A stretch of DNA of 63,123 nt, filler included, from Neolecta irregularis DAH-3 (lineage: Eukaryota): the NCBI GenBank assembly GCA_001929475.1. It is 8 parts of 8 records of this genome, joined end to end, with 100 filler letters (N's around TTAATTAATTAA, not from the genome) between each part and the next. Parts side by side here need not be neighbours in the genome. Positions count along the whole stretch, not along the records: positions 1 to 20,620 come from LXFE01000209.1; positions 20,721 to 24,202 come from LXFE01002642.1; positions 24,303 to 26,418 come from LXFE01002643.1; 5 more parts are not named here. The stretch is one strand, 5' to 3'. The notes under the pieces were generated by a model. The model did no database searches and was not told the origin of the DNA. It saw only the letters and a list, made by a program, of their open reading frames with translations. A program made the position numbers and the translations under genes. Positions 13,595 through 25,349 of this stretch are shown one piece after another; the first letter of the stretch is position 1, and every line of letters begins with the position of its first letter.

Positions 13595-15196
13595 TCATTT
13601 TCTTGCAACTTTTACCGGATCCACCCATGAATTTCCACACAGCACATTCAGGCATTTCCTTGTAAATGAGTCATAAAAGCTTGATGGCGATGACCGAAAG
13701 AGCGACATCATAAGCCCAAGCGAAGTCATAAATAAATACACATCCACATGCTTCAAATTCATTCTGTTGTTGTTCCTCTTTTCAACAAGCTGCCATAACG
13801 ATGCAAGCGACAGCCGTACTGCAGAAAAGGTTCGTGAGCTCCCGTGCTCTCGATCTAAAAACGCAAACAGTCCACCAATAAACCCGCCTAAATAGAATCT
13901 CCAATCAGCAGCAAACACAATCAAACATACCTCCCACGAGGAAGAAAGTTTCTAGGCAGAATCCGCTGAAATGCGCAAATACAAGCCCAACATGTTCCAA
14001 TGCAAAATGTTACAAACGCAGAGGCCCCAGCAATCTTTTCCACAGTCATCACTATAAACGATAAAGGACTAGATTATTAGGTCCTTGAAACAAATGGAGC
14101 TATACTCTTTCTTGACTTTTTTATAGCGCAACAGTCCAAGACCAGCGTAGAACACGAACATAAACTTTGAAACAGACACTAGTTCCTTTGCACAAAATCC
14201 GAGTAAAACTTTCGTGCACGATGGGTTGTCTGGGTGTAGAAGAGCACAAGAGAGATATGGAATACTTGGGTGGGCCGAATTTAATATCGGAGAGACTTCC
14301 TGAAAAAACGGAGGTACAATAAATGCCCCAGGCCGCAATACAGGAGACTCAAACTTTGGATAATTCTTTCTTGAGATTTCGGCAATGTTGTTGATTATTG
14401 CATCGGTACCTGGCCATGCAAGATGTGTCGGATAATCAGTTGGCCGCTTCTTCAGATAAGAGTTCGAAAACCCCATTAGGAAACTCTTCAAGCTCTACAA
14501 TCAGAATGGTGGATGGCGAAGATTATACATTAGGGAAACAGTCGTCGTCATAAACCATCGCAAGAATCAACTGGCCCGAAGCAAATGGAAACATCATCCA
14601 CAAGCCAAACCACCATGGCAGATTAGGCAAATAACCCTCGTCGTCCATGAACCTGTAGAAAGCTTCAACAGTTCTGGTAAAGAGGTATATCGCAATACCT
14701 ACCCGGCGGTGACCCGGCGGATGGATCACAAGCGCTGTCCCAGAAAGGACTCCAGAGATAATAGGAGGGAAGTACTCGGTTGAGCAAAGAGACCGAAAGT
14801 ATCTCAAAGATTTACAAGGTGGAGGGTGTCCTAGTCTCTGAACCAGTTTCTGCCGAGTGCGAATAAGAAACGCGAGGATGAAAGCGTGGGAAAGAAAGAG
14901 TGCGGTAAAACTTAGTCCAGTCCGTATGGCTTTCTCTTGCGCTTTACGCAATAATTGCTTGATTCTTATGTTAGAATGAACCGTGAGAAAATCTACCCTT
15001 TTTTACCAATGGCAGCAGGGATAGCGACATCGATCGCCAAAATTAACGCATAAGTAGCGGTAAAAGAGCGGGACGCCCTGCGAAACGTAGCTGCCGAAAG
15101 AGAATCGCATTCTTGCACATGTTGTGATCGACCAGCCTTACAGATGGAGGCGTACTCCTTGGGAGAAACAAGATAAATTACAAGACTGGGGGCCAT
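13595..15196 (-). CDS. TMEM135/Pmp52-like integral membrane protein, multi-exon
   Basis: Hydrophobic exons: PPIISGVLSGTALVIHP, RVGIAIYLF, LPWWFGLWMMFPFASGQLI, LSCALLHPDNPSC, RFYLGGFIGGLFAFLD. Short GT-AG introns link the ORFs. Confidence 0.75.
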
Positions 15197-15989
15197 GGGG
15201 TAATTAGAAGGGGACAAGTCTTTTGGAACAATCTCCCCTAATCCCCGGCGAAGCACAGTGCCCCCTAAAGAGGACAACAATGATCAATGCACTCAAGGCT
15301 TACAAAATAGCCGGAATTGAAGTTCCAGTAAATGTCAAATTCATGACCACAATAAATTTTTTTAATAGGGTGCCGTGTTATAATGAGGGAGATATTGACG
15401 TATGATTAAATTTATAATATCTAACAAACTTTTACTTCTTTATGGTATACTCGCCAGTCGCTTGCATACAGATGACTGTGACTGACATCCTTGAGCTCTT
15501 TAGATACTTGATAACACAGTTGAATTGAAATTATGCCATTGACATTCTAGATGGTAGAATCAATTTATTTTTCTCTCCAATTCATTTGGTTTGGATTTGC
15601 TTGAATCTTGTTTATTTTCTATTTGGCTATCTCCATACTACGAATCCTCGTTATAACATCCTAACCCTAAAACGCTGCCAAGCCACATTCGTTATATCCA
15701 GGTTTGACTGTACAAGCCTGCTATTTAAAATGAAAAGAAATTCCTTTATTTCTCCTGTTAAATCTTGTCTGAGACTCTAAAGAAAAGCCTTTATTTCTCC
15801 TGTAAAATCATCTCTGGGACTGAGACATGCTGTAGCATTTGGCATCCTGGTCTTGGTGTCTTCACAGATGTTTGGAACATTTTTGGCCTAGAGACTTTTG
15901 GGTGTGCTTTCTACTCTTTCACTGACAAGTACATATGTTATTGCCTGTAAATTGCCCGACCTCTTCATCAATATTATATAGCAGGTCGC

Positions 15990-16338
15990 TGTGAGCGTTG
16001 GGTGTCCGGACTTACTGCTCAGGAGCCTTATGTTGAAGAATACGACAGTAAACCTTTGGATAAAGGCAACGATGGATAGTATTGCTTTGCCTGCTCACTA
16101 ATCAAGCTAGGCGCTACTTTTATACGATAACAAAAGGGCGATGCGCCTCCTGATCTCCGGTGCCTCCTCCTCAGACGATTGTGACAGCTCCCCTTTTGCT
16201 TATGGTACCGCTTGCCATCATCAGTCCACTTGGTCAGGTGTCTCCATCCCTGGGTCCTAAACCGATGGGAGAGCCTTGGTGGTTTCGGCTGGGGAACACC
16301 AGTGCATACTGACCCTGGGGCACTATTGAGTGCCCACA
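15990..16338 (-). mobile_element. Solo LTR (same family as the 44867-45178 LTR)
   Basis: TG...CA termini. Flanks gtcgc/gtctc form a 4/5 TSD. The first ~130 nt align with 44867 onward (tgtgagcgttgggtgtcc, gctcagga, aaggcaac, ctaatcaagc). Confidence 0.8.
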
Positions 16339-16683
16339 GTCTCCAAGCACATATTCAGCGCACACCTCCAATGCCTCTTTGTAATTTCCGCCAATACGTT
16401 CCCCGCCGTACAACTGCAACAAGAGAAATCCGCTATAGCTTTGGTAGGCACAATCCCATCACCAATTTCCAAACAGGTAACTCTGCCTACTGCCAATGTT
16501 GTCGTTTACGTTCCAGGGTTCGCCGAATTTACATACCGAATTGTTCCCGAGCAAGTCATTCTGGCTCTTTTGATTCTTGTGGTGCTGTGTCTATTCGTTA
16601 AACACAACATCAGTGAGAAAAAGGCTATTATGGCCGCTGAAATCGAGGCACAAGAAAAAGCACTAGTACGCAATTCGACATAA
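16339..16683 (+). CDS. Hypothetical membrane-protein exon immediately downstream of the solo LTR (possibly a disrupted gene)
   Basis: Open frame with one hydrophobic helix (VILALLILVVLCLFV). No recognisable family. Confidence 0.25.
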   Translation, partial: VSKHIFSAHLQCLFVISANTFPAVQLQQEKSAIALVGTIPSPISKQVTLPTANVVVYVPGFAEFTYRIVPEQVILALLILVVLCLFVKHNISEKKAIMAAEIEAQEKALVRNST

Positions 16684-16950
16684 TATTATTCCAACTATAC
16701 CAGGAAGAAGAAGCAACAGTGCGGAAAGCAGCTGAAAAAGTGAAAATGGACAGGCTTGTCACATGTAAACATTTAAAATGTAGATACACTTGTAAGAGAA
16801 TCAGGTGAATATGGATTACTTTACAAGACATATCTTTTGAAAATACTTGTACACAAAAATTGCATATAGATTGATTATACCTATTTCGTATCCTGATGTC
16901 GAAATGAGGAAGGCAACATTGTGTGGCGAAAGGTGGCAATTAATCTTTCA

Positions 16951-18840
16951 ATGGCAACCTATGATTTCGACCAGGACAACGGCGTCGATTTAGTTGTAGG
17001 AGCATTAGATAACGCTCTATATGATTCGGATATCCCTAAAGTGATACAATCTGAAGCGACTCAGCAGTTGGTACGTTTTTCCTCCCGCTCTTTTCTTCGC
17101 TAATCATGTAAACAGAGTCAGGATATCCCTACTGATGTCCGTGATTATATCTCATATTTTTACAGCGTCTTCTTGGCTAAGAAGAATCATGAGATGCATG
17201 CCTGCTACGAAAGCTCATTTAATAAACTTACCGACAAATATTACAGAAATTCAGCATGGCCTGAAGCAGAGACTATAGCTCCTTTAGTCAATCACGATCT
17301 CTTTTTCCTAGCAATTTACAAAGAACTTTATTTTCGACATTGTTATTCAAAACTTCAACCGACCAAGGAACAACGAGTCCAATCTTACGAAGTTTGTCAC
17401 CACTCTTCATCGCCTCTTTTTCGGTTTGCTTATTGTTCTTTTAGAATTACTGCGAGTTCTTCAGATTGGTGCTTAATTCAGACGATATTGCTCGGAACGA
17501 TGTTCAACTTCCGACACATTATATCTGGGACGTTATCGACGAATTCATCTACCAGTTTCAATCTTTCTGTACCTATCGGAACCGACTCTCTAAAAAAAGT
17601 GAACAAGAACTAAATTTTCTTAAGCAAAATTGTCAAGTTTGGAATTCGTATGATGTGTTGAACGTGTTATACTCGCTTATCCAGAAATCAAAAATGATTG
17701 ATCAGTTGAAAGCTGCTAAACAGGGACAAGATCCAAAGTATACATTCTTTAAAATAATTAGTTTTATTAACGAATAGTACTGTCGCAGGTGATTTTGGAA
17801 AATTGCAGATTTACCGAGCTTTGGGGTATTTCAGTATCATTGGATTACTACGAGTTCATTGTCTTTTGGGAGATTTTACACTAGCTCTTCAAATGCTTGA
17901 ACACGTCGACTCTGCAAAACAGGTAATTCATCAACCTAATTTTTATTTATAATAGCGGCTGATTTGTTTTGCTAGCTGTTTCTTCCTAGATTAACAGCTT
18001 GTTATTTGTCCAAGAATTATTATGTCGGATTCGCATATATGATGTTGCGTCGGTATTCGGATGCTATAAACACCTTTGTTCCTGCACTCGATGTCATCGC
18101 TCGAACCAAACAACTAAACAGTAAATCCTCGCAATTCGATCAAGTTTGTCCTAGTAATTTCTTCTCTCACCATTAGTTTTCTAAAAAAGTGGACCAAATT
18201 TACGCTTTGATGACGATTTGCTATGCGGTATGTCAAAAATCCGAATCGGCTTCTCAGAATTTACACAACACTATGCGAGAGAAATACGGTGAACAATTAG
18301 CTGTTATTTCTCACGGTGGTCCAGAAGCGTTGAGTGTCGTTGAAGAGTTGTTTGTCTTTGGATGCCCGAAATTTATTAATGCTTTGACGGATTATGAAGT
18401 AGAAGAAGAGCCTCAACTTCACCATCGCGAGATATTCATGCTCGATATCAAAAACCAGCTTGCTGCTCCTGTAGTGAGAAGTTACATGAAACTCTACACG
18501 ACAATGAGCATTGAAAAGCTGGGAACATTTTTACAAGTGGACACCGCTACTTTGAGGTATAATTTTCTGTTACCAGTTCCAATTGTCTAGGCGACAACTA
18601 ATTGTTGCAAAACAAAAGTCAAAGCAATATAGGAATACATCCGGTTCACTTCTCGAGGGAGAAATTACAAATTCATCAGATTTGGATTTCGCCCTGCATC
18701 GAGATGTTATTAAAATAGCTGAAGCAAAGACGAGCAGAAAGTATGCTGATTGGTTTGTAAGAAATACGTACAAGGTAATCATTTTTCGTGGATATTCTAA
18801 AGGGTAGTACCATTCGTTGCAAGATCAGTCAAGGACGTGA
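16951..18840 (+). CDS. EIF3L: Translation initiation factor 3 subunit L, multi-exon
   Basis: [86 protein letters not shown] and [10 protein letters not shown]. Confidence 0.95.
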
Positions 18841-18865
18841 TAGCTTAGATAGAGATATATGAAGA

Positions 18866-19847
18866 CTACCAATCTTGAATGAGAAATGTGAATTCTCGAT
18901 CACGTTCTTCTGGTGGTACCGGCGACCCATCTTCATACCAAAGATTTCTCTCAACAAAAGTAACGTGTCCATCATAGTCGACTAGGATTACAGTCTGTGT
19001 TCGAGTTCCGTAGAGCAGTGGTGAGGAGGCGACTTGGTCCGACTGCGAACCCAGATACTGGCTTGGAACGGAGAGGGGTGGGATGTAGATGCTGTGGCAT
19101 AGGTTGTCCAAACTGGGTGGTTTAGGAAAAGTATCGTGACCAAACTTAGCAGGACCACCAAGAAGCGTACCTTAGAATAGAAAAACATTCTTGCAAGAAT
19201 CTTTCATGTGTCCAATTTTCGGCTAAAGAACGAGAGACGATGTCATTTAAAAGAAGGGTTCCAGACTGAACTTTTGGCCACGGGTCTGAAAAGAGAGAGT
19301 TACTGAGACCAACCGAGTATTGCAAACAATGACCAGATGAATTGTCGACGGGATTAGACGGCGGAGACTTGAGGAGGCCAGACGATTGTGTCGAACAGAC
19401 GACTGTAGAAGCACGATTTGAAAAGCAGGCGAGTTTCTGTTTGCTAGCATCTCTTTTCAATTGCCCACAGAGCAAATTGAAACCGCCAATGTCTGCAGTA
19501 CTTGCTTGAACAGCTTGAACCCACTGTTCAGTATCATGGTCCGAGATGAGAAAGTCGGTGACCAAGCTGCCTCGACTAGTCTGAATGTCAGGATATAGTC
19601 GATATATGCATACATGAGAAAGAATGTGGGCGGATTCCCTGTAGTTTGTTAGCGACGCGAGCCTGCCGGAGCGGGATATTCCTAGCCAGGATCCGTGTTC
19701 TGGTCTTGCGAGGTCGGTGCTGGAGAGGATGGAGTCATTGTGCCAAAAAGAGGCCTGGGCAGTAGGACGGTTGAGGAACTCGTCTCTGTTGTTTAGCAGG
19801 ACGGAGTGGTAGCGGGGATTGTTGGTGGCGAGCAGGAGGATGCACAT
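18866..19847 (-). CDS. TANGO2/NRDE-family Ntn-hydrolase-like protein
   Basis: Start MCILL, NNRDEF motif, GSWLGISRSGRLASLTNYRE, SRGSLV, GGFNLLCG, GLSNS, WPKV and YGTRTQTVILVD. Confidence 0.92.
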
Positions 19848-20021
19848 GCCGATGCTTTGCAGACGAACCTGGTTATAGTGAATGTGGCGTGCATATAAAT
19901 ATATATGCAATATCATAGAGTACAGCACACGGCATGCCCAGTAGTATGCACTGTATATGCAATATATAAAACATGGTGGTATATTAACGGGCGGTGCCGA
20001 CTGCACTGCACTCCATCAGCA

Positions 20022-20620
20022 ATGCTGTCTCTGCTTGCGCGGCTTGTATAGTGCGCACCCCGCTGCCGCCGCGCTGCTGACTGCGGCAGCTCGTGCAGCG
20101 CATATGCGTACCCGGTGTTTGCGAGCTACAAGGCGCTCAAGGCGAACGATCCGACGCAGACGACGCCGTGGCTGATGTACTGGATTGTGCTTGCGTGCTT
20201 GCTGTTTGCGGAGAGCTTTACGCTGTGGCTGCTGCGATGGTATGTGTGCGGGCGGCGGGGCGCTGTGCTGATGCGAGGCTGCCGCTGTACTACGAGGCGC
20301 GGGCGGTGCTGCTGCTGTGGCTGGTGCTGCCGCAGACCCAGGTGCGTGGCTGGTGCTGCGCCACTCGGTGGCTGACGGCGGCAGGGCGCTGCAAAGATCT
20401 ACGTCGCCTACGTCCACCCGGCGCTGCTCCGCCACGAGCCCGACATCGACCGGCTGGTTAGCGCCGCCGCGGGCCATGCGCGCAGTGCAGGCATACACTA
20501 TGTGCACAAACTAGCCGCCGCCGTCAAGGCGTTGCTCTTCGGGCCGCGCACCGCCACCGCCACCGCCACCGTGCCGCGCACCGCCACGCCCGCAACCTTT
20601 GCGCAGTCGCTGTTTGCGCG
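20022..20620 (+). CDS. TB2/DP1/HVA22 (REEP/Yop1-like) protein, 3'-truncated by gap; GC-rich
   Basis: YAYPVFASYKALK, PWLMYWIV, LPLYYEAR, LWLVLPQTQG, IYVAYVHP. Three short GC-rich GT-AG introns. Confidence 0.88.
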
Positions 20621-20720
20621 NNNNNNNNNNNNNNNNNNNNNNNNNNNNNNNNNNNNNNNNNNNNTTAATTAATTAANNNNNNNNNNNNNNNNNNNNNNNN
20701 NNNNNNNNNNNNNNNNNNNN
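20621..20720. other. Artificial assembly linker (N-TTAATTAATTAA-N)
   Basis: 100-nt N block with a central six-frame stop cassette; the same design recurs seven times. Confidence 0.97.
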
Positions 20721-20891
20721 GTTAGATACTATTTTCCATTTACTCATATCCGTAACTTAGGCTAAGTATGACCCTTTGAAGTTCCCACAACTTAAGTTGG
20801 ACAATAAATCCTAGTCTTCTTTGTACTTGAGTGTTTTTTGACTTTCAGTATCTCTATTAGTTCTGCTTAGCGCATCTACTCTCTTTTTACA
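20721..20891 (+). mobile_element. 3' part of an LTR, cut by the gap
   Basis: aataaatcctagtcttc motif similar to 607-627; ends in ttaca. Confidence 0.35.
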
Positions 20892-21899
20892 TTGCCTATC
20901 GTTCCCAATGCATTTCCAAGCACCATACTCTAGCTTGCTCAATCATTGCCAATGCTCTATATCATCGATTCAAGTGAATGTGTCAAAACAAATCTGCTAA
21001 TATTTCTACTTATGGAGGTCTTTTAATTAACCCTATTGCTCATTATGGAAAGGCCTTTAATTAACCCAAGGCCAACAACAACACAGTACATTAGAATAGC
21101 ATAATAGCATAAATAGAAATAAAGATGTAAATTTGACACCAATTTGAAGCAAAGTACGCGCTATGCAATTTATTCCTCTGTTCCTTTTATCCGACCCGCC
21201 CAACTGCCCAACCGTTCGCCGGAGCAATCTCCGACGGGCGTTCGGCTTAGTAATCTGCCCAACCACCCGCCGGGTACCACACTCCTGACAATGTGTTCCT
21301 CATTATCGCAAATCAACTCTACAGTCCCTATCCAGGTAATATGGCTTTTCATCACCTCTTTTCTCAGACCACATTGGTCAGGATGTATGTTTAAATGCTT
21401 GACCCTTATTCTTTGGAAGCAGTTGATATATCCAACGCTCTATTGCATAAACATTCTATGACCCTTTTTCCTTTATCCAAACTATACAAATACTGCTTCG
21501 CCTTCTGAATTTCATCAACCCTCTCATTTTCAAAAATTCTTATTAACCTGCATCTGAATTGCACAGTTCTGTGAGCAAGTACAGCAAACCAACGAATCTC
21601 AAAACTCCAACTTCATGTCAAGCGACACCACCAATGACCATACTTTAGTAGAATGCGAATAATTACATCATAAAAGCATATTTAGACAACTTGTATTAAA
21701 CATCTATAATACAGATATGGGTACATTTCAAACAAAGAACACAATTTCTATTCAGTATACACGTACTATCCACTCCCTATCTGTGCAGACCAAAGAAAAC
21801 GAAAACGAAAAAAACAAAAAACAAACTTACAGACCATATCCATACCCAACAAGCCACAAAAAACAACAAAAGAAAAGAAAAGATATACCGTGTTTTGGA

Positions 21900-24202
21900 C
21901 TAATTTAGACACCAAGGATGAGATAATACTTGTTTCATTGTAGGCCGTTTAGCCACGTCTCGTTCCAACATCCATGAAATAAGTCCAATACCATCAAATT
22001 CCAAATCAAACGGGATCCTCAAATTCGCATCCATGATTTCATCAATCTGAAATCAGCGGGCTGAATTACCAAGGGAGTTTGTACATTGTAAAAAGGGTTT
22101 TCGCGGTATACGACTGTATACGCTAAAATACCCAACGCCCAAACATCTTGTTCTTTACCCGAGTACTATTGACAAATTAAAAAAAAACTAGGTTGGAGGG
22201 GTAAGAGGTACTTTCATGCCCTTTAATACTTCAGGAGCAGCATAATCCAATGTCCCGTGAAATGTATCGAAACCAGCGACACCAACACCACAAGGAGACC
22301 AAGCCGCGCTACCAAAATCAATCAACACGGCATTATTCTCGAAATCCAAAACTACATTTTCATCTTTAATATCTCGATGGACGATTCCATGATCATGTAA
22401 ATGTCCCACAGCCTTGGCAATTTGTCTGAATAATTTTCTCGATTCAGATTGAGAGATACAGCTGTTATGTTCAATGTAATCGAATAAATCTAGTCCTGGG
22501 CCAATAGGTAATGTCTCCAAATAATAATACGACGAATCTTCGAAAAAGTCGACTGTATTAAATTAGTTGGTGAACATTTGGAGGAAAGGGAGGGTACGGA
22601 GTTGCATTATGTGTGGATGGGGATATCGACTCATGTAGTCGAGGATATGTATTTCAAGAGGGATGGTGCCGAGGGTGCGATCACGGTGCCATGTATCAAC
22701 TAATATCCTCGATTTAGTCACATATTTCATCACGGCAACCTAACAATTAGCCCAAACTGTACAACTTTAAAAAGGTGCATACTTTTCCAGTGTGTTTGTT
22801 GCGGACTTTTTTGACGCGGCCGTAGGCTCCTTCGCCCATATTTTCAAGGATTTCGAAATCTTCAATGTTGCGTTTAGGATTTTGAGAGGGTTGGGATTCT
22901 AGAAGCTGGTCTATGGGGGGCGGTACCGGGGCAGGTGAGAGGTCTCGACTAAAAGTGACCCAAAGGGCATAATAATACTCTTCGGGTTTGTGTTTAGTAT
23001 TCAGCTCGTCGGGTTCGTGCTTATTCAACTCGATTGCTTCGTGTTTACCGTTCACTCTGTGTTTACCGTTCAATTCCTCTTTAGCATCCAATTCATCTAC
23101 TGGACCAATTTCAAAACAAGGTTTAGAAGGAACAGGTTTTTCGACTAACCGCATTTGAATATCGATCGGAATCTCTCCTGAATCGTAATGCCGGGCATAA
23201 ATTTTATTGCTACTGGAAATTGCTTTTGCGGCACGGGTAAAAGTGAGTTCTGAGATGACTTTACCCTTTTCAAAAGAGGAGTCAAGCGTCATTATGTATT
23301 CCAATAGTTGAGTGAATTTTGGGATGACCGCTGTTATTTTTGTAGAGTGTGGAGGGGGATGGAAGCCGAGCAAGAATTTTGCAAAGACGGGGTTGAGGGA
23401 GAGGATCGAGAGGTCCGCCGAGTCGATGAGGATGATGCCTGAGAGGTAGGGGAGATGGGTGATTGTGAGGGAGCGGGGGCAGGAGTGGGTGTTTACGGGG
23501 ATACGGCCTGCGGGGGTGGCCAGGGTGTAGTAGCCGTCCACGCCCGTCCAGGAAGGGATGACGTCGCTGATGGAAATGTTGTTGATGTGGGGGTAGGTAG
23601 TGATGGCTGCAACGTCACCGGTGGCGGAGAGGAGGCGGTGCGGGAGGGCGGGGTCGAGCTGGGCGTGGAGGACCTTGAGGTCGACCTGTTCCATGACCCA
23701 GATGAGCCATTCGTCGCGGCGTCTGAGCCAGAGGCTTGCGTGGGAGCGGGCGCCCGCGCGGGAGACGATGGAGAAGACGTCGCCGCAGAGGATGACTTCT
23801 GAGGGGACTTGCTTTATTTTGGCGAGGATGGTGGCTCTGGAGTCGTGGACGAACAGGTCGAGGATGGGGAGGATGCGGACGTGGGAGTGGGTGAGGGCAA
23901 AGAGGAGGGAGGCGACGTCGTTGAAGCTGAGGATTGTGTACGGATAGAAGGGCCGTGTGGAAAAGACGGCCTGGTGGGCGATGCAGCGGGCGGCGAGGTG
24001 GCAGGGGGGGAGGACAGACTGGTGGATGGAGCGGGCGGTGTCGTTTGTGCCTTGGGTGGTTGTGCGGCTGGGTGACTGGGAGGCGGCAGTCGTAGTGCTA
24101 GCGGTGGTCCTAGTACTAGGGGTGGTTGTAGTCGTAGTGCTAGCGGTGGTGGCAGTCGTAGTAGTCGCCGTCTCCGTCGCACTCTCAGCAGCAGCAGTCG
24201 CA
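21900..24202 (-). CDS. PAS-domain serine/threonine kinase (Psk1/Ppk6-like), 5'-truncated by gap
   Basis: PAS-like segments followed by a kinase domain: MGEGAYGRV, KSRILVDTWHRDRTLGTIPLEIHIL, HRDIKDENV, IDFGSA, FHGTLDYAAPE, QDVWALG and KRPTMKQVLSHPW. Confidence 0.88.
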
Positions 24203-24302
24203 NNNNNNNNNNNNNNNNNNNNNNNNNNNNNNNNNNNNNNNNNNNNTTAATTAATTAANNNNNNNNNNNNNNNNNNNNNNNNNNNNNNNNNNNNNNNNNN
24301 NN
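24203..24302. other. Artificial assembly linker
   Basis: N block with a TTAATTAATTAA core. Confidence 0.97.
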
Positions 24303-24730
24303 GCTGCTGACTCTTCTTCAAACCAAATGCTTCTGAATGCGGGCATTGTGGTTGGAATATTCTATTTGGGGCTTGTTGCAGAGCCGGTGAAATTGTCACT
24401 TCTGAATCTGATCCGTGTCTCACCCCAACCTCATAGATTCCTACTTTCGAGAGAGCTCTAGGACGCCTCCACGCCCACAACAGTAGCACGCCCAGCTCCC
24501 GGTGTGCTGCCGCTGCTCCCAACGCCGCCGCGTGCAGCAGGTGTGGCCATGCAAGCCCTGGCAGCGCTTCCACAAAGAACCCCAGCGGTAAGCAGTGCGT
24601 GCACCCCGTCACGCCCGCCTCACGCCCGTCTCCCGTCTCCCACCAGTCTCCCGCTTTTCTCCCACTTCGCCCGCCCGTCTCGCGCACCTGGCGCGTCTCT
24701 TCCGCCTCGCACTCCCATCTCGCTCGCCTC

Positions 24731-24743
24731 CAGTGTTGGCAAT
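24731..24743 (+). mobile_element. hAT-like terminal inverted repeat CAGTGTTGGCAAT
   Basis: The identical 13-mer occurs in reverse orientation at 55823-55835. A CAG-start terminus is typical of hAT elements. Confidence 0.5.
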
Positions 24744-24842
24744 GGGCTGTGGGCTTAGCCGACCCATTAAAAGGGGCATATGACTCAATGGGCCCAGATC
24801 GCCTGATTCTTCGATAGTATGAACAATGATATTAATTCTTAT

Positions 24843-25110
24843 TCTTCCACAATCAAAATCTACAATTGAATGGGACGAAGCCACATTCGTCTCTGTCTAT
24901 AGTCACGATAATCCGAATCTTCTGCTCGATATGGGTGGTTTCGAGGTCCGAATACTCCACAACGAGCACATTCAGAAGAATTCAATCAGAAACATGGCGT
25001 TTGGAGTCTCACGAATGAAGAAATGAAGGAACTAATTGCCTTTGCTTTCCTCAGGGTAAGCAAAGAAGACGAGAGAAATTTAACATGCGCGTTTGACAAA
25101 TCTTGATGTC
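24843..25110 (+). pseudogene. PRP8: Isolated degenerate fragment of spliceosomal PRP8
   Basis: [38 protein letters not shown], a frameshift, [28 protein letters not shown], another frameshift, then KFNMRV*QILMS. This matches the Prp8 SVYSKDNPNLLF.MCGFEVRILP...GVW.L...FLRV...RVRQILM region. Confidence 0.85.
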
Positions 25111-25349
25111 TGTCTATTTTTGAGCATGACTACGAGTAATAATTGTGAAATATCGCAGATAGATCTTTCACAAGGACCGCCGTAGATTAATCAAGTGATC
25201 GCAATAAGACTGTTCTATAATCTAACCATACAACCCTCGGCAGCGACCAGCTAAAATAATCTGAACCCCTGGCCCAAGCATTGTTTCTATTCGGGTAATT
25301 GATCAACATGTGAAATATCCTGTAAAATATCCCACCCAGGCTATCCTGT

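Noticed and set aside
20621-20720. TTAATTAATTAA motif recurring within N runs (7 times)
   Set aside because: This is a fixed 100-nt scaffolding linker with stops in all frames, not biological. ORFs containing X runs are artefacts.
21190-21280. GC-rich cccaac/ccgcc patch as a tRNA or ncRNA
   Set aside because: No cloverleaf or A/B boxes; more likely a transposon subterminal repeat. No tRNA or rRNA gene was recognised anywhere in the window.
24843-25110. PRP8 intein or homing endonuclease remnant
   Set aside because: The fragment matches Prp8 extein sequence only, with no intein splicing or LAGLIDADG motifs.
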